Source: an uncultured Steroidobacteraceae bacterium (GTDB lineage Bacteria > Pseudomonadota > Gammaproteobacteria > Steroidobacterales > Steroidobacteraceae). Taken from it: 64,000 nucleotides of DNA. Below are positions 49,621-58,279 of this stretch, in pieces. The translations under genes and the position numbers were made by a program. The notes below the pieces were generated by a model. That model did no database searches, had not been told where the DNA came from, and was given only the letters and a program-made list of their open reading frames with translations. The stretch covers positions 5,482 to 69,481 of the forward strand of contig CAZZZU010000003.1 of NCBI GenBank assembly GCA_964658805.1. Direction: 5' to 3'. The stretch's first letter is position 1. Every line of letters begins with the position of its first letter.

Positions 49621-50957
49621 CGTTGCGCAGTGCGCTCACGTGTGTTGCGCTGGCACTGGCGCTCGGGTGCATCGCGCCGCCCGTCTGGGGACAGTCGACA
49701 CCGGGGGATGCCGGCGCTCAGATTCCGGGTGGCCCCTTACCGGTCGAGGCGCCGGCCGCGGTGCCGCCGACGTCCTGGACTGCGTATCTGAACCCAAAAA
49801 CCTGGTTCAATCCGAAGACCGCACCATTCATACCGATTCCGGAAATCGCGGTGGATCCTGACAGCGGCACGACGCTGGGCATCATTCCGACATGGCTGCG
49901 GACCGATGCAAACAGCCAGATTCGGCAGATCATCGCCCCGGATATTCTGCATAACCCGTATTTCGGATGGGGCGTGCACGGCCGCATCTACTCTTATTCT
50001 TCGGGTGACGAGCAATGGTCTTTGGTGGCGGGCATCAAGGAACGGGTCGAACGCAAAGTCGACCTCGAATATCAGCAAGGCCGCTTGCGCGATTCGCGCT
50101 GGTCGATCAATTACAGCCTGCTCTACGATCGCGACGGCACGCCGCGGTTTTACGGTATTGGCAATCAAACACGCGGCGGCGCTGAAACCAGTTACACCAG
50201 CAATCGTGGCTTCGGTCAGGTACAGGTCGGATTCAACTTCACCCATGCGTGGCAACTGCTGTATACCGGACGCTATCAGGCGCTCGATGTGCTCCCCGGT
50301 TCGATCAGCGATCTCCCGAGCATCGAGCAACGCTTTCCGACCGTCACGGGCCTCGGCACCAGCAAGCAGTTCTTGAACCGGCTGAGCGTGATCTACGACA
50401 CGCGCGACGATCTGACCATCCCTACGCGGGGAATGAAGTGGGCGGTGTACGGCGGTGGTGCCAGCAGCCGCGGCCTGCTCAACGACACCATGTACAGCGA
50501 GACCGGCGTCGACGGGCGAATCTACTGGCCGCTTGCGCTCGATACGGTATTAGCGGGTCACTTTGCGTTGCGCTACCTGCCGTCGGTGCACGACGTGCCT
50601 TTCTGGGCGTTGAGCACGGTCGGCGGCGGCGAGAGCGAAATCGGCGGGGTAGAAACGCTGCGCGGTTATGGCGCGGGCCGCTTTTACGATCGCAACGCGT
50701 TCTCGGGCACGGTGGAATTGCGGCGCAAGGTCTATTCCCTCGATATCGTGAGCACCACGCTCGACATCGAGGTGGCGCCTTTCATCGATGTCGGGCATGT
50801 GTTTCACGAAACCAGTTCGTTGCCCTTCGACCATCTGCATCCGGTATTCGGCGTCGGTTTCCGCGGCATCGCACGGCCATTCGTGGTGGGATATGTGGAC
50901 ATTGGTCGCGGCAGCGAGGGCGCTGCAGTATTCACGGGACTCAATTATCCGTTCTGA
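49617..50957 (+). CDS. Omp85/BamA-family outer-membrane beta-barrel (surface-antigen domain), no obvious POTRA array
   Basis: Signal peptide (TLRSALTCVALALALGCIAPPVWGQ). Loop-6-type motif ETLRGYGAGRFYD. C-terminal FTGLNYPF. GTG 49617 overlaps the aepZ stop (GTGA); alternative ATG 49596. Confidence 0.78.
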   Translation: MTLRSALTCVALALALGCIAPPVWGQSTPGDAGAQIPGGPLPVEAPAAVPPTSWTAYLNPKTWFNPKTAPFIPIPEIAVDPDSGTTLGIIPTWLRTDANSQIRQIIAPDILHNPYFGWGVHGRIYSYSSGDEQWSLVAGIKERVERKVDLEYQQGRLRDSRWSINYSLLYDRDGTPRFYGIGNQTRGGAETSYTSNRGFGQVQVGFNFTHAWQLLYTGRYQALDVLPGSISDLPSIEQRFPTVTGLGTSKQFLNRLSVIYDTRDDLTIPTRGMKWAVYGGGASSRGLLNDTMYSETGVDGRIYWPLALDTVLAGHFALRYLPSVHDVPFWALSTVGGGESEIGGVETLRGYGAGRFYDRNAFSGTVELRRKVYSLDIVSTTLDIEVAPFIDVGHVFHETSSLPFDHLHPVFGVGFRGIARPFVVGYVDIGRGSEGAAVFTGLNYPF

Positions 50958-50977
50958 CTGATGCATAATGATTAAGG

Positions 50978-51664
50978 ATGAAAGAATTTAAATCGCGTGG
51001 ACGCACTCGGTTGCGTCCAACAGGCTCCATGTCGGTAACTCAAGTTTCGGCGCCGGTGATCCAGACGTCGCGGGTAACCGTGATGTTTGCGGATCTGCGC
51101 GGCTACACCGGTCTCGCCGAGCGGCTGGCGCCGGCGGCGGTATTACCCTTGCTGGACGAATTTTTTCGCCTGGTGGCCACAGCGATTGCCAACCACGGCG
51201 GTGACGTGTACCACATGGCGGGCGACGGCATCATGGCGGGATTCGGCGTGAACTCCAAACAAAGCGACGGGTCGCATGAGGCGTTGGCCGCCGGGCACGA
51301 GATGCTGCGTGCCTTCGCGCCGATCGCAGAACGATGGCGCGTCGAGCTCGGAATCGATTCCGGAATCGGCGTCGGTCTGCATTTGGGCGAAGTCGCAGTA
51401 GGGTCGCTGGGACCCCCGCGCCGCAAGAGCACCACGCTGGTGGGCGACACGGTGAACGTGGCGGCCAGGCTCTGCAGCCGGGCGCGAGCCGGCGAAGTGC
51501 TGTTCTCGTGCACGGTGGCCGAGGCGCTGTCGAGCAGCACCAATCCCCCTGTGCATGCCTCAGATGGCATCCCGTTTCTGCAGCTGCCGCAGTTTGAATT
51601 GCGCGGCAGGCGTGAGCCCATCGATATCTGGTGTGTGCCCGCCCCCGAGCGCGTCGCCCTCTAG
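50978..51664 (+). CDS. stand-alone class III nucleotidyl cyclase catalytic domain
   Basis: VMFADLRGYTGL (metal Asp), GDGIMAGFG (second metal Asp), GLHLGEVAVG, LVGDTVNVAARL (Asn/Arg). No sensor or TM domain; 228 aa. Confidence 0.8.
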   Translation: MKEFKSRGRTRLRPTGSMSVTQVSAPVIQTSRVTVMFADLRGYTGLAERLAPAAVLPLLDEFFRLVATAIANHGGDVYHMAGDGIMAGFGVNSKQSDGSHEALAAGHEMLRAFAPIAERWRVELGIDSGIGVGLHLGEVAVGSLGPPRRKSTTLVGDTVNVAARLCSRARAGEVLFSCTVAEALSSSTNPPVHASDGIPFLQLPQFELRGRREPIDIWCVPAPERVAL

Positions 51665-51718
51665 ATTCAGCGTGTCTGAAAGGCCTGCATGAAGCTGGTA
51701 AACTTTTGCCGGCTTTAA

Positions 51719-51805
51719 GCCCTCGTGGCGGAATCGGTAGACGCAACGGACTTAAAATCCGTCGGCCGCAAGGCCGTGCCGGTTCGAGTCCGGCCGAGGG
51801 CACCA
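51719..51805 (+). tRNA. leuZ: tRNA-Leu (anticodon UAA)
   Basis: 87 nt with a long variable arm. GCCCTCGTGGCGGAATCGGTAGACGC...; anticodon loop CTTAAAA; T-arm GGTTCGAGTCC; encoded CCA. Confidence 0.95.
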
Positions 51806-51809
51806 GAAA

Positions 51810-53096
51810 ATGACGTCATCAAGCGAGATCAAGCTGCGGTATTTTCTAAAGCGGCATACGGTGACGCGCGACGACACGGCGGCATCTGAAGCGAGGAAGC
51901 TTGCCTGCCCCAACTGTGGCCTGGTGCAGGTGGCGGTCCGCGGTGAACGCAACCAGCTGACTTTTTGCGGCCGCTGCAAAACCCAATTGGAGCATTGTGC
52001 GGGCAAGAGTCTCGATGCCACCCTGGCAGCGGCCGTCGCGATTCTTGCACTTCTGGGACCCGCGCTGTTTGCGCCCTTCATCACCACGTCTGCGTTTGGG
52101 GCGACCCGCACCAGCACGCTGCCCATGAGTTCCTTCGCGATCTGGAACGGCGGTTGGCCGGTACTTGCCATCATCGTGTTCCTCTTCATCGTCGTCTTCC
52201 CGATCCTGCGCTTCGGCGCCCTGGCCGCCGTGCTCATGGCGATTCGATTGCGCCGCCGCCCGCCCTGGCTGGCGCTCGGCTTCCGCATTGCCGACTCCCT
52301 GCAGACGTGGGCAATGCTCGACGTTTTTTTGCTGGGTATGCTGGTTGCCTACGCGCGCCTGCGTGCCTCGCTGTACGTTGAATTGGACGCTGGCGCAATC
52401 TGCCTCATCGCGGCCGCGCTGTTGTCCCTGATCGCGCGTGCAACCCTCGACAAGGCGCTGGTTTGGCGCACCATCGCGCCGGATTGCCCGGTACGCGCAG
52501 GCGAATCGGCGGTCGCCTGCCTGAGCTGCGAATTGTTGGTGGATTTGCGCTGCGAATCCGGTAAATGCCCGCGCTGCGGTGCGTCCGTGCAGGTCCGCAA
52601 GCCGCAGAGTCTGGTGCGCGCGAGCGCACTGCTGATCGCCGCCGCACTGCTCTATTTTCCGGCAAACCTGCTGCCGATCGCGACCATCCCTATCGGCCTC
52701 ACGCCGACTCCGTACACCGTGCTCGGTGGCGTGACCGATCTGCTGGAGTCGCATTTGTTGGGTCTGGCCCTGCTGGTATTTTCAGCGAGTTTTACGATTC
52801 CTTTGCTCAAGATGGTAGGGTTGGCATGGTGTGCTTTGTCGGTCAGAAGTCGTGCGACGCGTAATCTCGTGGCCAGGACCCGGGTCTATCGGGTAATAGA
52901 GGAGATTGGCCGGTGGTCGATGGTTGACCCGTTGACGATTGCGTGTTTCGTGCCGGTGCTGAAATTCAACACGCTGATCGACGGTCGTGCAGAAGCGGCG
53001 GCCACACCGTTCGCATTGGTCGTGGTGCTCACCACTGTTGCGGTCAAATGCTTTGACTCGCGACTGATGTGGGATGCCGCGGGGCGCAACGCGTGA
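51810..53096 (+). CDS. pqiA: paraquat-inducible protein A (two PqiA repeats)
   Basis: Two CxxC...CxxC zinc-ribbon-like units (CPNCG...CGRC; CLSC...CPRCG), each followed by TM segments. ATG begins 5 nt after the tRNA-Leu CCA; alternative GTG 51861. Confidence 0.85.
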   Translation: MTSSSEIKLRYFLKRHTVTRDDTAASEARKLACPNCGLVQVAVRGERNQLTFCGRCKTQLEHCAGKSLDATLAAAVAILALLGPALFAPFITTSAFGATRTSTLPMSSFAIWNGGWPVLAIIVFLFIVVFPILRFGALAAVLMAIRLRRRPPWLALGFRIADSLQTWAMLDVFLLGMLVAYARLRASLYVELDAGAICLIAAALLSLIARATLDKALVWRTIAPDCPVRAGESAVACLSCELLVDLRCESGKCPRCGASVQVRKPQSLVRASALLIAAALLYFPANLLPIATIPIGLTPTPYTVLGGVTDLLESHLLGLALLVFSASFTIPLLKMVGLAWCALSVRSRATRNLVARTRVYRVIEEIGRWSMVDPLTIACFVPVLKFNTLIDGRAEAAATPFALVVVLTTVAVKCFDSRLMWDAAGRNA

Positions 53097-54769
53097 GTGT
53101 ACCGCCGCCCACTGATTTACCGCAGAGCGGCCGGCGCAGCACCATTTGGCCGAATCTCGTCTGGGCGATCCCGACAGCTGCGCTCATCGTGGTTGCCTAC
53201 CTCGGCTTGCAGGCATTCGTGCACCGTGGCGAAACGGTCACCGTCACGTTCCGGCGTGCAGCGGGGGCACGTGCCGGCGAGACCAAGGTGCTTTATCAAG
53301 GGGTGGAAGCGGGCGAACTGGTAAAAATTCTGCCGAACGCCGATGGCCGTAGCCTCGACTTCAAACTGCGCCTCGCGCCGGAGGCGAAGGCGGGACTGAA
53401 CAGCAATGCGCGTTTCTGGTTGATCGGCGCCGACGCCAATTTGACGGATCTGAATTCGATCAAAGCCGTGGTGGCGGGCGTCGCGGTCGGCTACGCACCG
53501 GGCGAGGGCGGCACGCCCGCGACCCATTTCGAAGGCCTGGAGCGTGCGCCCATCGTGCTGCCGGATGACCGCGGCACACGCTACGTACTGCATGCCCGTA
53601 CCTTGAGCTCGGTGCAGGAAGGCACCATCGTATTGTTCCGCGGCCAGGCGATCGGCAAGGTCGCCGACGTCAAGTTCGCCGGCAAAGCCGGCTTCAGGCT
53701 CGAAATATTTCTCTATCAACCCTACGATTCGTTGGTGCATCCCGGCGCTCATTTCTGGAAGATCAGTCCGCTGCGCTTGTCCTTCACCAGCGGCGGTATC
53801 ACGGCAAACATGGCGCCGATCAGCACATTGCTCTCGGGAGGTGTTGAGCTGGAGGTCGACCAGGTCGATGCCGCCTCGCCGGTCAGCAAAGCGGATGCGG
53901 AATTCACGTTGTATTCGTCGCGCAATGCGGCACGGCAGGGCCTGAGCGGGCCCGGCGTGCGTTACGAGTTTGCCTTCTACGGCGCATCGGACCACCTGGA
54001 CGAGAATGCGGCCGTCAACCTGCTGGGATTTCAGATCGGCGAGGTGGAGTCGTCGCATCTGGATTTCGACGCGCGCTCGGGCGAGCCGTTTACCGTCGCG
54101 ACGGCGCTGATTTATCCGCAGCAACTGCATCTCGATGTCGATGCGGGCGCCGATCCGAACGGGCAGGCGGCAACCGATGCCAAACTGCGGTTGCTCGCGC
54201 GTGCCGGCTATCGCGCCAAGCTCGAGCAATCACCCCCGCTGCTCGGCGATGCAAGCATCGCCCTGGCAAAAGTAAAGAACGCGTCTGCGGCGGAATTGAT
54301 CAGGCAGGATGGGCCGCCGCGTTTTCCGAGTGTCGCAGGGTCGGGTCTGGACGATCTGACGGCGCAGGCGGGTCAGATACTGGCCAAGGTCAACAGTCTC
54401 CCGATCGAGCAGATCGGCAAGAACGTCGGCCAGATGACGATGCGCCTGAACAGTCTTCTCGCTTCGCCCGATCTGACCGAGGGGCTGGCGCATTTGAAAA
54501 GCACTTTGAAGGAAGTCGACCAGATGTTGGCGGACGTGCAGCCGAAGGTGGGTCCACTGATCGACAAGCTCAATAGCGCCGCTGCGCAGCTGTCCGATAC
54601 GGCGCGCCTGGCGCACCGCCTGTTGGACGATGAAGGGGGAAGTGAGAGCGATAGCGTGGTGGAAACCATCAGGCAACTCAATGAAGCAGCTCGTTCCGTG
54701 CACACGCTAACGGACTATCTCGGTCGGCATCCTGAGGCGTTGATCAGGGGCAAGAGGTCGGAGCCATGA
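53093..54769 (+). CDS. pqiB: intermembrane transport protein PqiB (multi-MCE domain)
   Basis: N-terminal TM anchor, repeated MCE/MlaD-type domains, C-terminal coiled-coil. GTG overlaps the pqiA stop. Confidence 0.85.
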   Translation: MSVPPPTDLPQSGRRSTIWPNLVWAIPTAALIVVAYLGLQAFVHRGETVTVTFRRAAGARAGETKVLYQGVEAGELVKILPNADGRSLDFKLRLAPEAKAGLNSNARFWLIGADANLTDLNSIKAVVAGVAVGYAPGEGGTPATHFEGLERAPIVLPDDRGTRYVLHARTLSSVQEGTIVLFRGQAIGKVADVKFAGKAGFRLEIFLYQPYDSLVHPGAHFWKISPLRLSFTSGGITANMAPISTLLSGGVELEVDQVDAASPVSKADAEFTLYSSRNAARQGLSGPGVRYEFAFYGASDHLDENAAVNLLGFQIGEVESSHLDFDARSGEPFTVATALIYPQQLHLDVDAGADPNGQAATDAKLRLLARAGYRAKLEQSPPLLGDASIALAKVKNASAAELIRQDGPPRFPSVAGSGLDDLTAQAGQILAKVNSLPIEQIGKNVGQMTMRLNSLLASPDLTEGLAHLKSTLKEVDQMLADVQPKVGPLIDKLNSAAAQLSDTARLAHRLLDDEGGSESDSVVETIRQLNEAARSVHTLTDYLGRHPEALIRGKRSEP

Positions 54770-55347
54770 AGCGATACGTGATGAAGGTCCTGTCTGTGGT
54801 CTTGGTCCTGAGCTGCATGGCGCTGGCGGCGTGTCGGAGCGCCGAAACCCGCATCTTCACACTGACGGATGTTGCGGCGACGACGCGTGTCGACTGGCAG
54901 GGACCGCCTTTGCGAGTGGCTGCGGTGCACGTGCCGCCGGGACTGGACCGTCTTGAAATCGTGTCCGGCGTCGCGCCCGGTGAGCTCGAGATTCACGATC
55001 AGGCGCATTGGGCCGCGCCGCTGTCACAGATTGCACGTCAGGCGTTATCGCTTGACCTCGCCGCCCGACTGCCGCCGGACAAGGTTGTCTCGCCTAACCT
55101 GCCGAAGCCTGATGATGCTCTCGGCGTCAGCGTTGACATACTCGATTTCAGCGTTGATGCGACGAGCGGCCACTTAAGCGCGAGCTGGGATCTAAGCCGG
55201 AACGCGGTACGGACGCAGCAGCAAACGGTGCGCTTGCAGTCCGGCCCGGGTGGTCGCGATGCGGCGGCTGTGGCGCAAACGTGGAGTGCCTTGCTCGCGC
55301 TGCTGGCCGACCGCATCGTTGCCGGATCGCCCAACGTGGCGCCTTGA
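54766..55347 (+). CDS. pqiC: PqiC/YmbA-type transport auxiliary lipoprotein
   Basis: Lipobox (LSCMALAAC). 193 aa. ATGA overlap with pqiB. Confidence 0.8.
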   Translation: MKRYVMKVLSVVLVLSCMALAACRSAETRIFTLTDVAATTRVDWQGPPLRVAAVHVPPGLDRLEIVSGVAPGELEIHDQAHWAAPLSQIARQALSLDLAARLPPDKVVSPNLPKPDDALGVSVDILDFSVDATSGHLSASWDLSRNAVRTQQQTVRLQSGPGGRDAAAVAQTWSALLALLADRIVAGSPNVAP

Positions 55348-55363
55348 GCCTGCCGGCAAATTC

Positions 55364-56464
55364 TCAGTGCCGGCTGTTCACGAATGCTCCAATGTGGTCA
55401 TTCAAAAACTTTGCATCGGCAGGCGTGATGGCTGCGCCGGCCGGATGACCCCATAGGGAAGGTATGGGCGTGAGGGTGCAATGCGGTATGAATTTGGCCT
55501 CGTAGCGTGCATCCGTGATCGGGAAGTACAGGTCCGTCATGGACGGCATATACAGTACCGGCACCCTGATAGATTTGAGCGCCGCCTCGACGTCGCCGTG
55601 AAATGCCGCTGTGTGCCCGACATCGTGCTTCTGCCAAGTGCGCATCTGCAAGATTAGATTGTTGGCATCGGCGCCCGGAATGAAATGATGCCGGAAGTGT
55701 TCGACCACCTCCGCGAAGCTGTTGCCAAAGAGCGGGTTGGTGCGCCACAGTTCCTGGCGCCACCACTCCTGTGAAAAGAGCCATCCGGCCCACACCATCG
55801 AAAAAGCTTCGATGCCGCGCTCAGGTTGATCGGTGTAATCGCCATTTTGAAAAGCGGGATCGGCGGTCAGCGCGGAGATCTCGCCTTCCAGGCGTACGAA
55901 ACCGTGTCCATAGGTTTTGGCCGTGCCGGACGTTGCAACGATGCGATCCATAAAATCTGGATAGCTCACCGCCCATTGAAACGCCTGCTGAGCGCCCATC
56001 GAAAAGCCGATCACCGCGCGCAGGTGTTTGACGTGCAGCGCGTCGGTGAGCAGGGTGTGGACGATTTCCACGTTGTCGCGAATGCTTGTAATCGGAAATC
56101 GGGGACCATGAAACGGCTCTGCCGTGTTGCTCGGCGAGGAGGAACGGCCGTTGCCGAACAATTCACTCGTGATCAGGAAGTATTTCGTAGGGTCGAGTGC
56201 CTTGCCGGGCCCGATCAACCAGCCATAACCGTGCATCTCTGCCATGTAATGCGACGGCAGCAAGATGACGTTGTCGCCCGCGGCATTGAGTGCGCCATAG
56301 GTGCCGTAAAAGACCCGCGCTTCGGGCAGCACGGGGCCGCCTTCGGTCTTAAAATTCTTAACGACGAATTCGTGCTGTGTCGGTTCCGGCGTGGCGGTCG
56401 GCGTCTGCGCATGGGCAGACATCGCGGCCGCGAGTGCCAAAGCCATGAATGCCGGTCCCTTCAT
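55364..56464 (-). CDS. secreted alpha/beta hydrolase, homoserine-O-acetyltransferase (MetX)-like family
   Basis: Starts at [19 protein letters not shown] (signal peptide). Nucleophile elbow GFSMGA. The upstream part of the ORF is rejected. Confidence 0.75.
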   Translation of the reverse strand: MKGPAFMALALAAAMSAHAQTPTATPEPTQHEFVVKNFKTEGGPVLPEARVFYGTYGALNAAGDNVILLPSHYMAEMHGYGWLIGPGKALDPTKYFLITSELFGNGRSSSPSNTAEPFHGPRFPITSIRDNVEIVHTLLTDALHVKHLRAVIGFSMGAQQAFQWAVSYPDFMDRIVATSGTAKTYGHGFVRLEGEISALTADPAFQNGDYTDQPERGIEAFSMVWAGWLFSQEWWRQELWRTNPLFGNSFAEVVEHFRHHFIPGADANNLILQMRTWQKHDVGHTAAFHGDVEAALKSIRVPVLYMPSMTDLYFPITDARYEAKFIPHCTLTPIPSLWGHPAGAAITPADAKFLNDHIGAFVNSRH

Positions 56465-58014
56465 GCAACGGCCAGACGCGGCGCCACGCGGGCGTTCGCG
56501 GCGCGCTCGTAGGCACGTGCCACCTGCAGCAGGAGGCCGTCGTGATTTCGCCGGGTGACGAATGTCACGCCGACCGGTAGTCCGCTGACCAAGCCCGCGG
56601 GTACGGTGATGCTGGGGTAACCCGCGATCGCGGCAGCACCCGCAATCTGCGACCAGCCGCCGCCGCGTTGGTCGCCCCACACGGGGTCTATCAGGTCAGC
56701 CGGACCATTGCTCGGCGACATGAGCACTTCGACACCCTGCTGGCCGAGCAGCGTGGCCAGGCCCGCCGTGTCGACGGCGCGGTCGAGTCCCGCACGCCCT
56801 TTCTGATACTTCTCGTCGCTCAGAGGTCCGCGTTCCTGGGCCATCTCAAAAAGTTCCTGGCCGAAAACAATCAGCTCCTGATCTTTATGTCGCTCGTTGA
56901 AAGCGATGAGGCCGGCAAGGTCCCTGGCTTGGACCTGTGCCGGATCCAGCCCGGTCAGGTAGTCGTTGATCGACGATTTGAATTCATAGAGCAATGCTTC
57001 GAGTTCGAAGTTCTCCATCTCGCTGAATGCGTCCGGGACCTTGAGTTCGACTACCGTCGCGCCTTCTTTTTCCAGCACCGCGTGCGCGTCGCCGAAGAGT
57101 CGTATCGTGCCGGGATGCGCGCCCGACGGTATGGGCAGGACACCGACGCGCAGGCCTTTGAGACGAAACGCCTCGAGCGACGGACCACGATGGTCAAACC
57201 CAAGCGCGTGTTCGGCGATGACGCTGGCGATGATGGCGACGTCGGTAACGGACCGGCCCATGGGGCCCGCAGTGTCCTGACGCGGCGATATGGGAACCAC
57301 TCCTCGTGCGCTGACCAGACCCACCGTCGGCTTGAAACCCACCACACCGTTCAGGGAGGACGGCGAAAGGATGGAGCCGTTGGTTTCGGTGCCGATCGCC
57401 CCGGCGCAGAGACTGGCGGCTGCTGCCACTCCCGAACCGGCGCTCGAGCCCGACGGATTTCGATCACGCGAGTAGGCGTTGCGCGTCTGGCCGCCAATCC
57501 CGCTCCAGCCGCTGCACGAATGGGTCGAGCGAAAATTGGCCCATTCGCTCAAGTTGGCCTTGCCCAGCATCACGGCACCCGCTGCACGCAGTCGCGCGGC
57601 CAGCGGCGAATCCGATCGCATCGAATGTTCGAAGGCATAGGAGCCGGCGGTAGTCGGCAATGGATCGCCGGTTTCAATATTGTCTTTCAACAAAATGGGA
57701 ATGCCGTGCAGAGGCCCGCGTACCTTGCCTGCTTTGCGCTCATGATCGAGTGCCAGCGCGTCCGCCAGCGCATTGGGGTTCACGGCAAGCACCGAGTGAT
57801 GTTCCGGACCATGCTGGTCGTAACGCGCAATCCGGCTGAGATACGCCGCTGTCAGGGACTCGGCGCTGGTGGTACCCGACACCATGGCTTCTTGCAGCGC
57901 TTCGATCGACCGTTCCGTGGGATCAAAATCGCGACCTTTGCCGGACGCTACCTCGCCTGCGGCGCTGGTGAGCGCCAACGCGCCCACGGTGGAAATGAAG
58001 TCTCGGCGATCCAT
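56461..58014 (-). CDS. amidase-signature (AS) family amidase, Tat-exported
   Basis: Starts at [19 protein letters not shown] (twin-arginine). AS motif [12 protein letters not shown]. Stop overlaps the downstream hydrolase start (ATGA). Confidence 0.85.
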   Translation of the reverse strand: MDRRDFISTVGALALTSAAGEVASGKGRDFDPTERSIEALQEAMVSGTTSAESLTAAYLSRIARYDQHGPEHHSVLAVNPNALADALALDHERKAGKVRGPLHGIPILLKDNIETGDPLPTTAGSYAFEHSMRSDSPLAARLRAAGAVMLGKANLSEWANFRSTHSCSGWSGIGGQTRNAYSRDRNPSGSSAGSGVAAAASLCAGAIGTETNGSILSPSSLNGVVGFKPTVGLVSARGVVPISPRQDTAGPMGRSVTDVAIIASVIAEHALGFDHRGPSLEAFRLKGLRVGVLPIPSGAHPGTIRLFGDAHAVLEKEGATVVELKVPDAFSEMENFELEALLYEFKSSINDYLTGLDPAQVQARDLAGLIAFNERHKDQELIVFGQELFEMAQERGPLSDEKYQKGRAGLDRAVDTAGLATLLGQQGVEVLMSPSNGPADLIDPVWGDQRGGGWSQIAGAAAIAGYPSITVPAGLVSGLPVGVTFVTRRNHDGLLLQVARAYERAANARVAPRLAVA

Positions 58015-58231
58015 TGGCTCTCCTCGTTCTTGCAAGCGCCGCGTTGGCGCAAGAGGCGCGAGCGTAGCGCACATGCAGCGTTGGATAGAAGGATTTCGAA
58101 AGCACCAAAGGGGCGCGTCACCCACCCTCAGATGTTCCGATACCGTGCAGATTTCAACCTGAGCGAAACTTGTTCCTAAGTGAGTAAAAAAATTTACTTC
58201 GCGGTTTTTTTTTCTTTACACCGCAAAGACG

Positions 58232-58245
58232 ATTTGATATTTGAT
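58232..58245 (+). repeat. perfect tandem heptamer ATTTGAT x2 in the AT-rich divergent control region
   Basis: Read directly, about 35 nt upstream of the TonB-dependent receptor ATG. Confidence 0.5.
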
Positions 58246-58279
58246 GCGTGACGTCTTGAAATAAAAATTGTGCGGAGGG

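Larger units (their letters stand above)
37024..51718. other. 14.7-kb accessory island (13 genes) between tRNA-Cys and tRNA-Leu: AEP phosphonate synthesis plus lipid-assembly and envelope-export genes
   Basis: Bounded by two tRNAs that are adjacent in the E. coli glyW-cysT-leuZ operon. Content is entirely non-housekeeping. No integrase or transposase seen. Confidence 0.75.

Noticed and set aside
50978-51664. The idea that the minimal cyclase is a Pycsar-type anti-phage pyrimidine cyclase.
   Set aside because: No adjacent effector with a cNMP-binding, TIR or TM domain is present. The neighbours are an Omp85 barrel and a tRNA. The gene is kept only as a cyclase of unknown specificity.
58186-58226. 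Palindrome GTAAA-AAA-TTTAC and hairpin GCGGT...ACCGC with a long T-run.
   Set aside because: It lies between divergent gene starts, so no transcript can be terminated there. It is more likely AT-rich promoter or UP-element DNA.
58225-58260. Possible Fur box upstream of the TonB-dependent receptor.
   Set aside because: The best alignment of GATTTGATATTTGATGCGT to the 19-bp Fur consensus matches only about a third of positions. It is reported only as a tandem heptamer.
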